In this document: positions 60,708-64,000 of the stretch, piece after piece
How positions within the stretch are numbered: position 1 is the stretch's first letter
Layout: each line of letters opens with the position of its first letter
Source of the DNA: Candidatus Bathyarchaeota archaeon
Lineage (GTDB): Archaea > Thermoproteota > Bathyarchaeia > 40CM-2-53-6
Direction: 5' to 3'
DNA: 64,000 bases
Assembly: GCA_963726255.1 (NCBI GenBank)
Contig: CAVSBL010000002.1
Coordinates: 1,024,001 to 1,088,000 of the forward strand
Translations under genes and position numbers: made by a program
The notes under the pieces: model-generated
The model's input: the letters and a program-made list of their open reading frames with translations, nothing else
What the model was told of the DNA's origin: nothing
The model's database searches: none

Positions 60708-61289
60708 TTAACCCTCCACCTGGATAGCGTTTGGAACATACATCAACGGGTTTTGCGGACCACTGTACTCCGTTGACCGAACGTCATAGAATCCCGGCTC
60801 GTCGAAAACCCACCTCAGAGTATTCTTGTAGGGTTCTGGAACGACCTGCATTTGAAAAACCATAGTCCCATCCTTCCTAAAGACGCCGAACCCGTACGTC
60901 ACGTCATGGGAAACCACAACGAACTCAACGACCTTCCCAACGGGAATTGTGACCGGTTGCTGCGGCATGACGAAATGGTAATTGTCAACTTGAATAGTGA
61001 CCGTCATGACCGGAGTCGACTGCACCCATAACCCGTAGTCCGCGGAAGGGATCAGCGGAGAGAGCGTAACAAGGTTCCCCAGCAGAACCACAGCGAGGAG
61101 AAAGTACAGCCAATTGCGTTCACTCCCATGCATCCCACGATTAACATCAATCTCACGTGACCCTGCCTTCGAATCCGCATCGTGCCTCTTTGGTGCCTTT
61201 CGACTATAGACATAGAAGACTGAAACGAACGAAATAATTACGGCAATAAGCACGAGGTAGAAAATCTCAAAGGCATATTGCATGATCAA
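60708..61289 (-). CDS. Heme-copper oxidase subunit II, cupredoxin-like, lacking CuA ligands
   Basis: SHDVTYGFG, MQVVP, RSTEYSGPQNPLM. Confidence 0.8.
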   Translation of the reverse strand: MIMQYAFEIFYLVLIAVIISFVSVFYVYSRKAPKRHDADSKAGSREIDVNRGMHGSERNWLYFLLAVVLLGNLVTLSPLIPSADYGLWVQSTPVMTVTIQVDNYHFVMPQQPVTIPVGKVVEFVVVSHDVTYGFGVFRKDGTMVFQMQVVPEPYKNTLRWVFDEPGFYDVRSTEYSGPQNPLMYVPNAIQVEG

Positions 61290-61476
61290 GGGCTATCGCC
61301 TTAAGAGCACCCAATAATCTGTGCCTGGAGCTGTTTGGCTTTTGGTCCTTACAGTAAAGACTCGTCACTACCAATTTCATTTGCCTTGGGCTACGGAACA
61401 AAGCATTTACAGACCCACGTCTTCTGAGTTTCAGTCAATAGCACGAAAACGTAGGACAGAGGAGAGACGACCGAAA

Positions 61477-61854
61477 TTGCCCCAAGAATCTGAATTGAGG
61501 ATCGGCTCCGTTGTTATTGATTGCATCAATTTCGACGAGATGTTGGCGTTCTGGCAGGAGGCGCTCCATTACGTTCCGAGAGAACCAGCTGAGGGCGGCT
61601 GGGTAGTTCTTCGGGACCCTGCTGGAAGAAACACGAATGTGTCTTTGAACCAGGTTTCAGTTTCAGAAAAACTCATGGGCAGAAACTGGCTACACTTCGA
61701 CCTCTACACCAACGACCAGAAGGGCGAGGTAGAGCGGCTGCTCAGGATAGGAGCTGCACGCCATCCGCAGACCTATGAACCTGATGATGATTTCATTGTC
61801 CTAGAAGACCCCGATGGCAACCTCTTCTGCGTGGTCGACATAAGCAAGCGTTGA
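61477..61854 (+). CDS. VOC/glyoxalase-like protein
   Basis: SVVIDC...FWQEAL, NWLHFDL, VLEDPDGNLFCV; start trimmed. Confidence 0.88.
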   Translation: MPQESELRIGSVVIDCINFDEMLAFWQEALHYVPREPAEGGWVVLRDPAGRNTNVSLNQVSVSEKLMGRNWLHFDLYTNDQKGEVERLLRIGAARHPQTYEPDDDFIVLEDPDGNLFCVVDISKR

Positions 61855-61942
61855 CATTCTTAGATGCTCAGAAGCTCTTTTTCAAGGGTTCGAAAGCCTT
61901 CCAAAACCCAATCCTTGACGACAACTACAGCCAAATCCAGCC

Positions 61943-62899
61943 CTACTGAACTGTGAGGCTTCTGCCATTATGCTTCAGTGCCCGGAGCGCAAGATACGTG
62001 ATCATTTTCGATGGTTGCCCAGGCTTCTCTAGGTAGGGGTACCGGTTGTTTCCGTTCAGATTCCACCTACCATCTCGCCTTCGAGCGGAGATCAGCATGG
62101 AGAAAGCTTCCTGCATCCGATTGTCCGAGCCGTAACCCAGGCTGGTCATGAAATCTAAGCCGACAAGGTAGTCGTAGATGTAGTGCCAAGGATAATGGAG
62201 GGTCATCCAAGTTCGAGATGGCCGCCCCTCATGAATCAGCCGCCGCTTCAGAAAGAACCCGGCACCTCGTTCAATCGCCCTTCGAACGCGCGGGCTTCGC
62301 TCGTTCACAGGGACTTCCGCGAAGGCGCTCATGGCCTCCCATCCATCGATCGTCCCTCTCGGGCGCCCGAAACAATCCCAGCCCCCATCGGGCAACTGCT
62401 CATTCACCAGCCAGTTGATCGCGGACTGAACCCGTTCGTCTTTCAGGTAGCCAAACCGGATTAGCGACCGGACCATATTTCCGGTCATGCACAAGTGGCC
62501 TCTCCCCTTGTGGAGGGGATGGGACACAACGCCGCCGGAATATCCACCATCCTTCGCGAGGTGTAAGTCAAACCATAACTCTGTCGCGTTTGCGATTCTT
62601 TCATCTTTCCGGGTGAGGCCGAGGTCGGCCAGGACTTGCAGCTGCCAAATTGTTGACCTAAACTTCGGTCGATAGCACGTTTTCTTTGTGGCCCACCAGG
62701 TTTTCTCCCTCTGAAGGGAGAGAATGCGCGCGGCCCAACCCTTTTTCGGAATGGCTGATTGAAGCTCGGACAAAGTGCGTTTGCTGGGTCGAGGTCCCAA
62801 CAGGTCTCTCGCTGTAAGGTATCTAATTGAGGGTTCAGTAGACTCAAGCAACCAATCAATAACGCTACCACGGGACACTGTTTCAACCAATTGGCTCAC
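61943..62899 (-). CDS. Prenyltransferase/squalene-cyclase-repeat-like alpha/alpha barrel protein
   Basis: WLL...PSIRY, QLPDGGWDC, YDYLVGL, PSKMIT. Confidence 0.72.
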   Translation of the reverse strand: MSQLVETVSRGSVIDWLLESTEPSIRYLTARDLLGPRPSKRTLSELQSAIPKKGWAARILSLQREKTWWATKKTCYRPKFRSTIWQLQVLADLGLTRKDERIANATELWFDLHLAKDGGYSGGVVSHPLHKGRGHLCMTGNMVRSLIRFGYLKDERVQSAINWLVNEQLPDGGWDCFGRPRGTIDGWEAMSAFAEVPVNERSPRVRRAIERGAGFFLKRRLIHEGRPSRTWMTLHYPWHYIYDYLVGLDFMTSLGYGSDNRMQEAFSMLISARRRDGRWNLNGNNRYPYLEKPGQPSKMITYLALRALKHNGRSLTVQ

Positions 62900-62981
62900 C
62901 GGACTGCGGATTTGAGACTGCTATCCTAAAATAAGTGTGGATTAATGCGGCCCCACGCCAAAACGTTTCGAAGCCTCGAAT

Positions 62982-62998
62982 TGGTGGGCCCGGAGGGA
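62982..62998 (-). repeat. 17-bp direct repeat of a tRNA 3' end (att-like)
   Basis: TGGTGGGCCCGGAGGGA identical to 63971-63987. Confidence 0.85.
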
Positions 62999-63261
62999 CC
63001 CGCTGTCCGCGTGAGGGTGGTGGAACCCGTTTTTCTCCACCATTCATGTCTCGTCGAGGCGCACTACGTCCCCGTCGCGCTTGAGTTTTGCGCGTCGCTT
63101 CTTCACACTGTCGGACAATGTTGAGTTCAAATTGCGCTGCTCGCACCAGCTGACCCACACAAAGTAAACCGTCAGAAGCTTGACTCGTAACCAGTTGGAG
63201 ACTTCGTTGAGTAGGTTTTTTCTTCTGGCAAAATGTTAAATCTTTTGAAACAGCACGGAGA

Positions 63262-63531
63262 TTGGAGGTGTATCGATTGATTGTCATCACTCTGGCCAAG
63301 TTCAGGAGAAAACCGTCGAAAGAAGATGTTCCGAAGCTGCCGCAGTACGTTCAAGGAGTGGGTGGTAAGGTTCTATCTGCATATTGGACGTTAGGGCGAT
63401 ACGACGCCGTCGTAACCATTGAAGCTGCAGATGAGAAAGCCGCCTTGAAGGCGCTATTGCAATTTGGAGATTTCGTTGCGACGGAAACGTTAGTTGCAAT
63501 TCCGCGTGATGAAGCGGCAAAATTGCTGTAG
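63262..63531 (+). CDS. GYD-domain protein
   Basis: GGKV..AYWTLGRYDAV, TETLVA. Confidence 0.88.
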   Translation: MEVYRLIVITLAKFRRKPSKEDVPKLPQYVQGVGGKVLSAYWTLGRYDAVVTIEAADEKAALKALLQFGDFVATETLVAIPRDEAAKLL

Positions 63532-63628
63532 CCGGTATGCTTCGCGGTACGGGAAGCTGCCTGGAAGTTATCTTCTCCATTTTTCATGTTGGGCCTCCGT
63601 TGAGCTTGGAGGTTTCTGGTTGTTACGC

Positions 63629-63760
63629 AGAGAACACGCACTCCGGCGGCTCGTCCGGACCGCTATTGCCTACAACCGTTCCAAGTTGAAGGGCAAGGAA
63701 GCCCCCGGACCGGCCAAGAAGCCGTCCCGTCCCTCGGCGCGAGGGAAGAAGGGGCCCTGA
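63629..63760 (+). pseudogene. Possible C-terminal fragment of a DUF1801-like gene
   Basis: ALRRLVRTAIAYN followed by a basic tail; GC-rich; no credible 5' part. Confidence 0.35.
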
Positions 63761-63970
63761 GGGACACGTCCGCTGCGACGGTCTAGTGCCGCAATATGGC
63801 ATGCAAAGAGCTCGCATGAGACAGACATGTCAAGGGACGACGAGAAGAAGATGGCAAAGCCTGCGTAGAAGACTTATTTCAATTACTTTGGAAAAGTTCT
63901 TTCAATGCAGATCGGCAAGTAGTTTCCGCCGTCTCAAGGCGTGCAAAAAGTGGCATCGAACCCGACGATA

Positions 63971-64000
63971 TGGTGGGCCCGGAGGGATTTGAGCCCACGA
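63971..64000 (-). tRNA. 3' part of a tRNA or tRNA-derived att copy, cut by the window edge
   Basis: Minus strand TCGTGGG-CTCAAAT-CCCTC-CGGGCCC-ACCA; T-loop starts CTC rather than TTC and the T-stem has a T:T mismatch. Confidence 0.6.

Noticed and set aside
59079-61289. Annotation as an aerobic cytochrome c oxidase
   Set aside because: Lacks the HPxVY His/Tyr pair and the CuA Cys/His ligands.
62883-63299. 138-aa minus-strand ORF spanning the att-like repeat
   Set aside because: Low-complexity Arg/Pro-rich translation across intergenic DNA, overlapping the GYD gene start.

Overview
Archaeal chromosomal segment. Markers are TFE, aTrm56, MBF1, NAC, A/V-type ATPase ABD, an intron-containing tRNA and stand-alone Lrp/AsnC proteins together with dnaK-dnaJ-grpE; this is most compatible with a Bathyarchaeia/Nitrososphaerota-like TACK archaeon (inference). 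Most of the window is housekeeping and metabolic genes, and five conserved genes carry single-base frameshifts that look like assembly errors. The main accessory signal flanks htpX (about 31.0-33.1 kb and 34.0-37.7 kb): two stacks of IS6-family-like element ends, each with an exact 8-bp target duplication that overlaps the terminal bases of an older element's inverted repeat. They enclose decayed IS6 transposases and cargo, including three related membrane-anchored helical proteins, an RHH gene, a truncated restriction-nuclease gene and an unknown three-gene operon. Other highlights: tRNA-Val(TAC) with a non-canonical 22/23 BHB intron; two 17-bp tRNA-3'-end repeats that stop at the same tRNA position and bound integrase-less islands; a gNOR-like heme-copper oxidase with an Asp-substituted active site and a CuA-less subunit II; an S8 protease with a baseplate-like inserted domain; and a Tyr-rich surface protein. 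All family calls come from motif recognition by eye; no searches were run.
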